The position numbers and the translations under genes were made by a program. From Gemmatimonadales bacterium (GTDB taxonomy: Bacteria > Gemmatimonadota > Gemmatimonadetes > Gemmatimonadales > Gemmatimonadaceae): DNA of 32,253 nucleotides. Shown piece after piece: positions 7,888 through 16,245 of the stretch; position 1 is the stretch's first letter; each line of letters begins with the position of its first letter. Location of the stretch: positions 1 through 32,253 of the forward strand of contig JBBQDE010000001.1 in assembly GCA_038319425.1 (NCBI GenBank), written 5' to 3'. The notes below the pieces were generated by a model, which made no database searches, was not told where the DNA came from, and saw nothing but the letters and a program-made list of their open reading frames with translations.

Positions 7888-10443
7888 GTGCCGCGCCCTG
7901 CTCCCAAACCGCCGTCCATCTCGCGACTCGCCACGCCCGCGACGGCGGCGATGCGCGCCGCCATCCGCCTCGCGGGCGGTCGCGAGGTGTGCTTCGTCAG
8001 CACCCTGGACGAATCCGGCGTGGTGCAGACGGCGCGCGTGGTAGCGCGGGGTGACGTGGCGAGCGTGCTGGCGCTGCCCGGCTTTGCGCGACGCGGCGAG
8101 ATGTTGCTGCACAACCATCCGTCCGGATTGCTCGAGCCTTCGGGGGCGGACTACGACGTGGCCGCGCGCATGCACGACGACGGCATCGGCTTCGGCATCG
8201 TGGACAACGACGCGCGTGCGCTGTACGTCGTGGTGGAGGTGCCACGCGCCGACACGAAGATTCGGCTCGACCCCGAGGCGGTGGCCCACGACCTTGGGCC
8301 CGATGGCCCGATCGCGCTCCAGCACGCGCGCTACGAGGACCGCGAGAGCCAGCGCGCGATGGCCGCTGCCATCGCGCGGGTCTACAACGACGGCGGGGTC
8401 GGCCTGCTCGAGGCGGGTACTGGCGTCGGCAAGTCACTCGGCTACCTGGTGCCGGCGCTGCGTTGGGCGGCGGCGAACGGCGAGCGCACCGTGGTGTCGA
8501 CCAACACCATCAACCTGCAGGAACAGCTCGTCGGCAAGGATCTCCCCTTCCTCGCCAAGGCGCTGGGCGACCAGAAGGTGCGCTTCGCGCTGCTGAAGGG
8601 ATGGCGCAACTACCTGTGCAAAGCGCGGCTGGAGCAGGCGAGTGGCGGCGCGGCGCAGCTGTTCGACGACGGCATGGCCAGCGAGCTGGCGACGCTGGCG
8701 GCGTGGGCCGAGCGCACGAGCGACGGCTCGCTCGCCGACCTGCCGACGCCGCCGCGGCCCGAGGTGTGGGACGAGGTGTCGGCCGAGGGCGACATCTGCA
8801 CGCGGATGAAGTGCCCGCATTTCGACCAGTGCTTCGTGTTCAAGGCTCGCCGGGCTGCGGCGCAGGCGGATGTGATCGTGGTGAACCACCACCTGCTGCT
8901 CTCCGACCTCGCCGTGCGGCGCGCGGCGCAGAACTGGGACGACGCCGCGGTGCTGCCGGCGTACGGCCGGCTCGTGGTGGACGAGGGACACCATCTCGAG
9001 GATGCCGCCGCCACGCACCTGGGCGCGACGGTGACCCGGCGCGGGCTCCAGCGCCTCGTGAGCCGCCTGGATCGGCGCGGCCGGGGGCTGCTCCCGGCCC
9101 TCGTGATGCGGCTGTCCGCGAGCAACGATCTGTTGAGCACCGCGAGCCTGGACCTGCTCGAGGCCCGACTCGCGCCGTCGGTGAGCGCGATGAGCCGGAA
9201 GAGCGCGCTCCTGTTCGACCTGCTCGACACCTTCATCGAGCAGGAGGGGCAGTCCGTCGTGCGGCTGTCGCAGAGCTTCGCGACGCACGCCATCTGGAAG
9301 GCGGGGCTCACGCTCGCGCTCGAGGACACACTCGGGGAGATCGACCTGCTCGGCGAAGGGTTGCGGCTCGTGCGGGAGCGGATCGAGGGGAGCACGAAGC
9401 TCGATGAACAGCTCGCACCGCTGCTGAACGAGATGCGCTCGGTGACGAAGCGCCTCCAGACGGCGGGCGACGGGCTGCGCCGCGCGCTCACGCCGCCACC
9501 TGATGACGATAGCGTGCGCTGGATCGAAGTGCGCGGGCGCGAGCGCAGCGTCGCGGTGTCATCCGTGCCGCTCGATCTCGCGCCGATCCTGCGCGAGGAC
9601 CTGTTCAAGCGGCTCGACAGCACGATCGTCACGAGCGCGACGCTTACTGCGTCGCGCGGCGACATCGCGTCCGACGCGCGGCGGTTCGACTTCCTCGCCG
9701 CGCGCCTGGGGCTCGACGATCCGGAGCTGCATCCGACGACCGCGGTGTTCCCGTCGCCGTTCTCCTACGACACCCAGTCGCTGCTTGTGATCCCGAGCGA
9801 CATCCCGGCGCCGAACGTGGACGCCGACGGGCACCGGAACGCGGTGACGCGGATCGTGCTCGACGTGGCGGAGGCATCGGACGGCGGCCTGTTCGTGCTC
9901 TTCACGAGCCACCGGGAGGTGCGGCAGCTGGCGAACGCGCTGCGGGCGCGGGGCATCGAGCGGCGCTGGCCGCTGCTCGTGCACGGCGACGAGGGACGCG
10001 ATGCGCTGTTGGCCCGCTTCCGCGAGTCGGGACGCGCCATCCTGCTCGGCACCGCGTCGTTCTGGGAGGGGGTGGACGTGCCCGGCGAGGCGCTGCGCGG
10101 GTTGGTGATCGCCAAGCTGCCGTTTCGTGTGCCCACCGAGCCCGTGACGGCTGCGCAGTGCGAGGCGATCGTCGCCCGTGGAGGCGACGCGTTCGCCGAA
10201 TACATGCTGCCGCACGCATCGCTCCGGCTGAAGCAGGGCTTTGGTCGGCTCATCCGCTCCAGCACCGACCGGGGCGTGGTCGTGATCGGCGATCCGCGCA
10301 TCGTGACGAAGCGGTACGGACGAGGGTTGCTCGAGGCGCTGCCGCCGGCGCGACGGGTCATCGGGCGATGGGCCACCATCGCGGAGCGGGTGCGGGCGTT
10401 CTATTCCGACATCGCCGTGCCGGTGGGCGACGTTGAGCGATAG
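7888..10443 (+). CDS. dinG: DinG/XPD-family Fe-S DNA helicase with an N-terminal RadC-like JAB/MPN+ domain
   Basis: 851-aa ORF starting at GTG 7888, with an alternative ATG at 7951. Residues 30-120 carry a complete JAMM signature, H-N-H-PSGLLEP-S-GA-D (nt 8110-8151), preceded by acidic GREV/DESG. From about residue 165: motif I EAGTGVGKS, a four-Cys pattern (WRNYLCKA, then C-x4-C-x5-C in ICTRMKCPHFDQC), motif II VVDEGHHLED, and C-terminal motifs TSATL, LLGTASFWEGVDVPG and QGFGRLIRS. Confidence 0.9.
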   Translation: MPRPAPKPPSISRLATPATAAMRAAIRLAGGREVCFVSTLDESGVVQTARVVARGDVASVLALPGFARRGEMLLHNHPSGLLEPSGADYDVAARMHDDGIGFGIVDNDARALYVVVEVPRADTKIRLDPEAVAHDLGPDGPIALQHARYEDRESQRAMAAAIARVYNDGGVGLLEAGTGVGKSLGYLVPALRWAAANGERTVVSTNTINLQEQLVGKDLPFLAKALGDQKVRFALLKGWRNYLCKARLEQASGGAAQLFDDGMASELATLAAWAERTSDGSLADLPTPPRPEVWDEVSAEGDICTRMKCPHFDQCFVFKARRAAAQADVIVVNHHLLLSDLAVRRAAQNWDDAAVLPAYGRLVVDEGHHLEDAAATHLGATVTRRGLQRLVSRLDRRGRGLLPALVMRLSASNDLLSTASLDLLEARLAPSVSAMSRKSALLFDLLDTFIEQEGQSVVRLSQSFATHAIWKAGLTLALEDTLGEIDLLGEGLRLVRERIEGSTKLDEQLAPLLNEMRSVTKRLQTAGDGLRRALTPPPDDDSVRWIEVRGRERSVAVSSVPLDLAPILREDLFKRLDSTIVTSATLTASRGDIASDARRFDFLAARLGLDDPELHPTTAVFPSPFSYDTQSLLVIPSDIPAPNVDADGHRNAVTRIVLDVAEASDGGLFVLFTSHREVRQLANALRARGIERRWPLLVHGDEGRDALLARFRESGRAILLGTASFWEGVDVPGEALRGLVIAKLPFRVPTEPVTAAQCEAIVARGGDAFAEYMLPHASLRLKQGFGRLIRSSTDRGVVVIGDPRIVTKRYGRGLLEALPPARRVIGRWATIAERVRAFYSDIAVPVGDVER

Positions 10444-10451
10444 GGATCGGG

Positions 10452-10576
10452 AACAACACCACGGTGAGCAGTGAGCACTGGCCACGGGGCAGCAAGATCG
10501 CAGACAACTTTGATTGGTGGTCCCTGCGCCCCTCCGTTCTTCGTCGCGCTTGCTCATCGCTCACTGCGGTGTTGTT
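10452..10576. repeat. Imperfect 26-nt inverted repeat flanking a 73-nt loop (long stem-loop candidate)
   Basis: Arm 1 (10452-10477) is aacaacaccacggtgagcagtgagca. Arm 2 (10551-10576) is tgctcatcgctcactgcggtgttgtt. 22 of 26 positions are Watson-Crick, and 2 more would be G-U pairs in RNA. It lies in the 187-nt gap between the dinG stop and the FAH start. Confidence 0.5.
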
Positions 10577-10630
10577 TCGAGAGACTGGGCCGGAATCGTC
10601 AGGTCGCTGCGTGGGCGTTACCTTCAATGC

Positions 10631-11251
10631 ATGCCCATCCTCTCACCCAGCAAGATCGTGTGCGTGGGACGGAACTATGTCGCGCACGCAAAGGAGCTCG
10701 GTAACGACGTCCCGGCCGAGCCGCTGATCTTCCTCAAGCCGCCCTCGAGCCTGATTCGCAGCGGGGAATCCATCCGCCTGCCAACGGTGTCCAATCGGGT
10801 GGAGTATGAAGGAGAGATCGGTGTCGTGGTCGGCGCTCGGCTCCGGAAGGCGAGCCCTGGCGACGCACGACGCGCCGTAGCGGGCATCGTGGCGACAAAC
10901 GATGTCACGGCGCGCGATCTTCAGAAGTCGGACTCCCAGTGGACGCGGGCGAAGGGGTTCGACACCTTCTGTGCGGTCGGCGACGTGGCCGAGCCGCCCG
11001 CGGACCTCTCGACCCTCACCGTGACGACGCGCGTGAATGGCAAGGTCCGACAGCAGGGGCGGGGATCCGAGATGGTGTTCGACATTCCTGCCGTCCTCGC
11101 CTACATCTCGAACGTGATGACGCTGGAGCCTGGCGATCTCGTCCTCACCGGCACACCGGAAGGGGTGGGGACCCTTGTACCGGGCGATGTGGTAGAAGTG
11201 GAGATCGACGGCGTGAGCCGTGTCAGCAACCCTGTCACCAACGACGACTAG
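10631..11251 (+). CDS. Fumarylacetoacetate hydrolase (FAH) family protein, YcgM/oxaloacetate-decarboxylase-like
   Basis: Start at ATG 10631; the upstream part of track ORF 10514 is not protein-like. Motifs: KIVCVGRNYVAHAKE, PLIFLKP, YEGEIGVVVG, DVTARDLQ, KGFDTF, GDLVLTGTPEGVG. Confidence 0.85.
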   Translation: MPILSPSKIVCVGRNYVAHAKELGNDVPAEPLIFLKPPSSLIRSGESIRLPTVSNRVEYEGEIGVVVGARLRKASPGDARRAVAGIVATNDVTARDLQKSDSQWTRAKGFDTFCAVGDVAEPPADLSTLTVTTRVNGKVRQQGRGSEMVFDIPAVLAYISNVMTLEPGDLVLTGTPEGVGTLVPGDVVEVEIDGVSRVSNPVTNDD

Positions 11252-12438
11252 TGCCGCCGCACGCTTCACGCTTCACCACGCTGCCGGAGTACCCTCTGGC
11301 GAAGATCCCGCAGAAGAAGCGGGAGCTCGTCGAGCGTGGCGTGGACGTGATCGATCTCGGCGCCGGCGACGCGGACCTCGATCCGCCGCGCGCCGCGGTT
11401 GAGCGGATGGCGACGGCGATTCGCGAGCCCGCGCTGGGCCGCTACGGATTCGGCATGGGATACGTGCCGTATCGCGAGGCCGTCAGCGCCTGGATGCAGC
11501 GCCGATTCGGCGTGCACTTCGACCCGATGACGGAGATCGTGCCCCTGATCGGGTCGAAGGAAGGCATCTCGCATCTCGCGCTCGCGTACCTGGAGCCGGG
11601 CGCGGTGGGGATCATTCCCGAACCCGGCTACAACTCGTACCAGGGTGGCACGCTGCTCGGCAGCGGTGAGCCGTACCGGTACGCGCTCCGCCCGCGGACG
11701 AACTTTCTCGTCGAGCTCGACGAGATTCCGGCGGACGTGCTGCGCCGCGCCCGCATCCTGTATCTCAACTACCCGAACAACCCGACGTCGGCGATCGCGC
11801 CGGTGGATTATCTCGAGCGTGTCGTGCGCACGTGTCGCGAGCGCGACATCCTCCTCGTATACGACAACGCGTACAGCGAGCTCGCGTTCGACGGCTACGT
11901 GCCGCCCAGCATCTTCGAGATCGACGGCGCGCGGGACGTGGCGATCGAGTTCCATTCGCTGTCCAAGACCTACAACATGACCGTGAGGCGGTGCGGCTGG
12001 GCCGTCGCGCGGCCCGAGGTGTCGGCGACGCTCGCCAAGATCAAGTCGTTCGTCGATACGGGGCAGTTCATGGCGATCCAGGCCGCCGGTGTCGCGGCGT
12101 TGAGTGCGTGGTCGGATTTCGTGCCCGCCAACGTCGCGGTGTTCACGGCGCGTCGCGATGCCGCGGTGACCGCGTTTCGCGACGCCGGATTCGAGTGCGA
12201 CGTGCCGCGCGCGACGATGTACCTCTGGATCAAGCTGCCCGATGGCATTCCCTCGGCGGCGTTCGCCGACCGGCTGCTCGAAGAGGAAGGCGTCGTGGTG
12301 ATGTCGGGTTCGTCGTTCGGCGCGGGCGGTGAGGGATTCTTCCGGATCTCCTTCATCACCTCTCCGGCGCGCATCACTGAGGCGGCGCAGCGGGCCGGCC
12401 GCCTGCTCACCGCCATGGCCGGCGTGGGGGCTGTTTGA
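11251..12438 (+). CDS. Class I/II PLP-dependent aminotransferase, LL-diaminopimelate-aminotransferase-like
   Basis: GTG 11251 shares one nt with the FAH stop (TAGTG). The track start at 10939 would overlap the FAH gene. Motifs: IDLGAGDADLDPP, YPNNPT, and the PLP-lysine motif HSLSKTYNM followed by a conserved Arg. 395 aa. Confidence 0.85.
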   Translation: MPPHASRFTTLPEYPLAKIPQKKRELVERGVDVIDLGAGDADLDPPRAAVERMATAIREPALGRYGFGMGYVPYREAVSAWMQRRFGVHFDPMTEIVPLIGSKEGISHLALAYLEPGAVGIIPEPGYNSYQGGTLLGSGEPYRYALRPRTNFLVELDEIPADVLRRARILYLNYPNNPTSAIAPVDYLERVVRTCRERDILLVYDNAYSELAFDGYVPPSIFEIDGARDVAIEFHSLSKTYNMTVRRCGWAVARPEVSATLAKIKSFVDTGQFMAIQAAGVAALSAWSDFVPANVAVFTARRDAAVTAFRDAGFECDVPRATMYLWIKLPDGIPSAAFADRLLEEEGVVVMSGSSFGAGGEGFFRISFITSPARITEAAQRAGRLLTAMAGVGAV

Positions 12439-13250
12439 TGCCGATGCGCCGCCCATCGGGCTCGCTGCTCGTCTCGATCGGCATCCACCTGGTGCTGGCG
12501 CTCGTGCTGGCGAACGCCGCGTTCCACTACGATTTCAGTTCGCTGAACTCCCGGCCGACCGCGGCTGCGCAGGAGAAGATCACCTATGTCGCGGTGGCAC
12601 CGGCGGGCGGCGCCCTTGGCGGGAGTGCCCAGGGCGTGCACGCCAAGGCGACGACGCCGCAGCGCGGACTCGTGGCGCCATCGCGGGTGCCATCGCGAGT
12701 CGTGCCGGCGCCTGAACCTGTTGGCGGAACGCCGGGCGGCCAGGTGGGCGGCCGGGGTGTTGGCGGCGGCGTGGGTCCAGCCACCGGCGTGGTGCCGGCG
12801 GATCCCGATCCGCGGCTCGCCGCCGATGCGCACCAGTTCGTCCCCATTCCCAAGACGCACGGCCAGCGCGTGGACAGCACCGTGCGCGCCATCGTGCTGG
12901 CGTACAACGACTCGGTCGCGGCAGCCGCGGCGGTCGCGGGTCGCAAACCCGGCGACTGGACGTTCGAGCGGAACGGCCAGAAGTGGGGCATGGACGGCAA
13001 CAAGATCTACCTCGGCAAGTTCGCCATCCCGAGTGCCGTGCTCGCCGCGCTTCCCCTCCACATCCAGGGAAATCCCGGTGAGACGATCGCCGACCGTCTC
13101 GTGACGACGCGCCGCGGGGATCTGCTGGATCACGCGCAGTCGCAGTACCACGACATCGAGTTCAAGAGCGCCGTGAAGCGCATCCGCGAGCGCAAGGACA
13201 AGGAGCGGCGCGAGAAGCTGATCGCCGAGGGAAAGACGACGGATCAGTGA
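12438..13250 (+). CDS. Membrane-anchored Gly/Pro-rich protein of unknown function (TonB-like N-terminal anchor)
   Basis: ATG 12438 shares one nt with the aminotransferase stop (TGATG). One N-terminal TM helix (LLVSIGIHLVLALVLANAAF), a Pro/Gly-rich linker, a globular C-part and a charged tail (KRIRERKDKERREKLIAEGK). Confidence 0.7.
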   Translation: MPMRRPSGSLLVSIGIHLVLALVLANAAFHYDFSSLNSRPTAAAQEKITYVAVAPAGGALGGSAQGVHAKATTPQRGLVAPSRVPSRVVPAPEPVGGTPGGQVGGRGVGGGVGPATGVVPADPDPRLAADAHQFVPIPKTHGQRVDSTVRAIVLAYNDSVAAAAAVAGRKPGDWTFERNGQKWGMDGNKIYLGKFAIPSAVLAALPLHIQGNPGETIADRLVTTRRGDLLDHAQSQYHDIEFKSAVKRIRERKDKERREKLIAEGKTTDQ

Positions 13251-13286
13251 GAAGGTGAGAAGGTGAGAAGGTGAGAAGGTGAGAAC
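13247..13286. repeat. Tandem octamer repeat: (GTGAGAAG)x4 plus GTGAGAAC
   Basis: Five head-to-tail 8-nt units that begin inside the stop codon region of the upstream gene. A degenerate pyrimidine-rich complement (cactcttccttctcactctctcactcttctgaccttctc, about 13330-13372) lies on the other side of the hairpin below. Confidence 0.9.
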
Positions 13287-13325
13287 GGAAAGGGCACACC
13301 GGATTGAATCGGGTGTGCCCTTTCC
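13287..13325. terminator. Strong hairpin between convergent genes (candidate bidirectional terminator)
   Basis: ggaaagggcacacc / ggtgtgccctttcc forms a 14-bp stem, extended by 3 more bp after one G-G mismatch, with a 3-nt loop. It sits between the 12438..13250 gene (+) and lexA (-). No clean U-tract on either side. Confidence 0.55.
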
Positions 13326-13379
13326 GCATTCACTCTTCCTTCTCACTCTCTCACTCTTCTGACCTTCTCGCTGCGTTTC

Positions 13380-14048
13380 TCAACTTACCAGCTCCGCATC
13401 CGCGGTCGTAGGCAGGATGGGTTGGACGTTCGATTCCATGAACGGCCGGAAGACGCCGCAGACCACGCCAAGCACGGCGAAGTCTTCCTTCGGTCCCACT
13501 TCGATCGCGCGGTCGGCCTCGTTGGCCGGCTCGAGGACAATTGTGCCGCCGCGATGCGTGAGCGTCTTGATCGTGGCTTCCTCACCTAGGCGCGCGGCGA
13601 CGATGTCGCCATCCTTGGCGCGCGTGGAGGGCGACACGAGCACGTAGTCGCTGTCAAAGATGCCGCGGCCGATCATCGAGTCTCCCTTGATGCGCAGGAA
13701 GAACACGTCGTCCGTCGGAAGGAAGCGGCGGTCCATCGTGAGGTAGCCCACGCGGTGATCCGGGAGCAGCGCTGGCTCGCCGGCGTGCACGCGCCCGTAG
13801 TACGGCACCGGCTGCGTGCTGGCCTGGCCGGCGTAGCCAACGATGCGCACGCCGCGCGAACGCGACTGATCGCGTTCGATGAAGCCCTTTAGCGAGAGCG
13901 ACGCGAGCAGGTCGGAGACCGTCTTCGTCGACTTGATGCGAAACTTCTTCGCGATCTCGCGGATGCTGGGCTGGTAGGTGTTCTCCGCCAGGAAGTCGAT
14001 CAGGTAGTGATACACCCGTCGCTCGAGGGGAGTGAGTGGCTCCGTCAT
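13380..14048 (-). CDS. lexA: LexA repressor (S24 peptidase family)
   Basis: N-terminal winged HTH (PSIREIAKKFRIKSTKTVSDLLASLSLKGFIER). Ala-Gly cleavage site in GRVHAGEP. Catalytic Ser in GDSM and Lys in EATIKTL. 222 aa. Confidence 0.92.
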   Translation of the reverse strand: MTEPLTPLERRVYHYLIDFLAENTYQPSIREIAKKFRIKSTKTVSDLLASLSLKGFIERDQSRSRGVRIVGYAGQASTQPVPYYGRVHAGEPALLPDHRVGYLTMDRRFLPTDDVFFLRIKGDSMIGRGIFDSDYVLVSPSTRAKDGDIVAARLGEEATIKTLTHRGGTIVLEPANEADRAIEVGPKEDFAVLGVVCGVFRPFMESNVQPILPTTADAELVS

Positions 14049-14117
14049 ACATCCTCACCGGCAGTTGTACGCCGGGCGTCGATACCGCTCGACCCCGAAG
14101 TGAGCAACTTTGGCGCT

Positions 14118-14145
14118 AATGTAGCTCCAATATGGAAAGCCGCAA
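14118..14145 (-). promoter_or_regulatory. Candidate sigma-70-type promoter for lexA
   Basis: On the minus strand: TTGCGG, a 16-nt spacer, then TACATT. The -10 element lies 70 nt upstream of the lexA ATG. This is pattern matching only. Confidence 0.3.
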
Positions 14146-14172
14146 CCGCCGACCCCGCGCGCCCTGGAGCCT

Positions 14173-15636
14173 TCACGCGCCGGGCGAGTCGCCGAGGCGG
14201 GCGATTGCCGCGTCGAGGCGCAGGATCGCTCGCTCGCGCCCCAGCATCAGCAGCACGTCGAAGATGCCTGGACTGACGCCCAGCCCCGTGAGCGCCACGC
14301 GGAGGGGCTGAAAGATCCTGCCCGCCTTCTCGCCGAAGCCGAAACGCTCCGCCAGCATGCGGAGCGCCTCCTCCATCGCGGCGGGCTCCCACGGCGACAG
14401 CGGCGCGAGGGCGTCGCGCACGGCGGCGAGCAGCTCGGCCGTCGCCGGCCGGTCCTTCCACTGCTTGGCCACCGCGTCGGCGTCGTAGCTGATCTCGTCG
14501 AGGAAAAAGGGACCCGCCTGGCGCACGATGTCGTCAATCGTGCGGGCTCGCACCTTGAGCAGGTCGAGCAGCGCGAGATACCAGTCGGGGCGCGACGCGA
14601 GGTCCGCGGCAGTCGTGAACCCGGCTGCCTCGAGCGCCGGCGTCACGATCGCGGCCAGGTCGGCCGACGGCACGAGGCTGAGGTGCTGACCGTTCATCCA
14701 CTCGAGCTTCTTCGGATCGAAGATCGCGGCCTTCTTCTGGAGGCCGGCGGGGTCGAACAGCTCGACCATGCGCGGCAGCGTCATGACCTCGATGTCATGC
14801 CCGGGCGACCAGCCGAGCAGCGCGAGGAAGTTGAGCATCGCACCGGGGAGGATGCCGAGGTGCTGATAGTCGCCGACGGCGGTCGCGCCGTGGCGCTTGC
14901 TCAGCTTCTTGCCGTCCAGCCCGTGAATCATCGGCAGGTGCGCGAACCGCGGGAGCGGCTCGCCGAGAGCGCGGTAGAGCAGGATCTGCTTCGGCGTGTT
15001 GGAGATGTGGTCGTCGCCGCGCATGACGAGCGTGATGCGCATGAAGATGTCGTCGCTCACAACGGCCATGTTGTAGATCGGCGTGCCGTCGGCGCGGAGG
15101 ATGATGAAGTCCTCGATGTCCTTGTTCGGAAACGCGATCTCGCTGTGCACCAGGTCGTCCCACGACGTCGTGCCGTCGGGCACGCGGAATCGCAGTGTGA
15201 ACGGCTCGCCGGCGGCAACGCGGCGCTCCACCTCGGAGGGGGCGAGTCGGTCGCACCGGCGGTCGTACTTGAAACTGTCCTTGCTCGCCTCGGCGGCGGC
15301 GCGGCGCTCGGCCAGCTCGGCCTGCGCGCAGAAGCAGCGGTAGGCCGTGCCGTTCGCCAGCATCCGGTAGGCGTCGTCGCGATTGCGTTCGGCGTTCGCG
15401 CCCTGGTAGACGACCTCCTCGTCCCAGAGGAGGCCGAGCCACTCGAGGCCGTCGAAGATGGCGCGGGTGCTCTCGTCGGTGGAGCGCGCCTTGTCGGTGT
15501 CCTCGATGCGGAGCAGGAACTGGCCGCCGAACTTCTTCACGTACAGCCAGTTGAACAGGGCCGTGCGCGCGCCGCCGACGTGCAGATAGCCGGTGGGCGA
15601 GGGAGCGAAGCGGAGGCGCGGGACGGGAGCGGCCAT
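14173..15636 (-). CDS. gltX: Glutamate--tRNA ligase
   Basis: 487 aa. HIGH-type motif PSPTGYLHVGGARTALFN, LRIEDTD, and KMSKS-type motif KLSKRHG. Confidence 0.95.
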   Translation of the reverse strand: MAAPVPRLRFAPSPTGYLHVGGARTALFNWLYVKKFGGQFLLRIEDTDKARSTDESTRAIFDGLEWLGLLWDEEVVYQGANAERNRDDAYRMLANGTAYRCFCAQAELAERRAAAEASKDSFKYDRRCDRLAPSEVERRVAAGEPFTLRFRVPDGTTSWDDLVHSEIAFPNKDIEDFIILRADGTPIYNMAVVSDDIFMRITLVMRGDDHISNTPKQILLYRALGEPLPRFAHLPMIHGLDGKKLSKRHGATAVGDYQHLGILPGAMLNFLALLGWSPGHDIEVMTLPRMVELFDPAGLQKKAAIFDPKKLEWMNGQHLSLVPSADLAAIVTPALEAAGFTTAADLASRPDWYLALLDLLKVRARTIDDIVRQAGPFFLDEISYDADAVAKQWKDRPATAELLAAVRDALAPLSPWEPAAMEEALRMLAERFGFGEKAGRIFQPLRVALTGLGVSPGIFDVLLMLGRERAILRLDAAIARLGDSPGA

Positions 15637-15665
15637 GAGGCGACGTGGAACGAGGGGAAATGCGC

Positions 15666-15695
15666 GAAGGCCCGCCGCGGCTGCGACGGGCCTTC
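15666..15695 (-). terminator. GC-rich hairpin between tRNA-Ser and gltX
   Basis: GAAGGCCCG / CGGGCCTTC forms a 9-bp stem with a 12-nt loop. It begins 5 nt downstream of the tRNA 3' end on the minus strand. Confidence 0.35.
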
Positions 15696-15699
15696 GGAG

Positions 15700-15789
15700 C
15701 GGAGAGAGAGGGATTCGAACCCTCGATAGAGGTTGACCCCCTATGCCGGTTTAGCAAACCGGTGCCTTCAGCCTCTCGGCCATCTCTCC
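15700..15789 (-). tRNA. tRNA-Ser (anticodon GCU), class II with a long variable arm
   Basis: The reverse complement folds by hand: acceptor GGAGAGA/TCTCTCC, anticodon stem CCGGT/ACCGG with loop TTGCTAA, a long variable arm, T-arm GAGGG-TTCGAAT-CCCTC, and discriminator G. CCA is not encoded. Confidence 0.9.
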
Positions 15790-15882
15790 AGAGGCGCCGC
15801 GTGCTGCGGCCAGGGCGGAATGTAACCGCCCGCGCGCGACGGGAGCAACCGGCGGGGTCGGTCGCGCGGCGCGGCCAACGAG

Positions 15883-15965
<83 letters not shown>

Positions 15966-16021
15966 TGAATGGAGGAAGCTACCGACGCCGATCGGCGTGA
16001 ACAACCGCCGGTGCGCCAGCG

Positions 16022-16243
16022 TCAGCTCGCGAAGACGACGTCGCCGTCCTCGTCGATCCCGAGCTCCTGCTGCAGCCCGCACACGCCGCAGAGCTTCGTG
16101 GCGATCCAGACCGCCTGCAGCTCGGCGCGGACTGCCTCCGTCGCCGGCTTCACGACGAGCTTCTTGTAGGTGTACTCGCCACAATTCTCGCAGGCGTGAG
16201 CGCGAGCGATCCGCTCCGCCCGCTCGCGGGTGATCGCCGCCAA
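16022..16243 (-). CDS. Small zinc-ribbon-like protein (CxxC ... CxxC), unknown function
   Basis: 73 codons with very high GC3. It has two CxxC pairs (CENC, CGVC). The only in-frame start is TTG 16243, 2 nt after the SPFH stop, which suggests translational coupling. Confidence 0.55.
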   Translation of the reverse strand: MAAITRERAERIARAHACENCGEYTYKKLVVKPATEAVRAELQAVWIATKLCGVCGLQQELGIDEDGDVVFAS

Positions 16244-16245
16244 CG

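Noticed and set aside
11959-12000. Deviation in the aminotransferase PLP motif (SKTYNMTVRR instead of the usual SKTYNMTGWR), considered as a sign of a pseudogene.
   Set aside because: The ORF is intact. The PLP Lys and the phosphate-binding Arg are retained, and no frame disruption is present.
13247-13286. A tandem repeat that could be mistaken for a CRISPR-like array.
   Set aside because: The units are 8 nt, directly abutting with no spacers, and no cas genes are present. It is a microsatellite.
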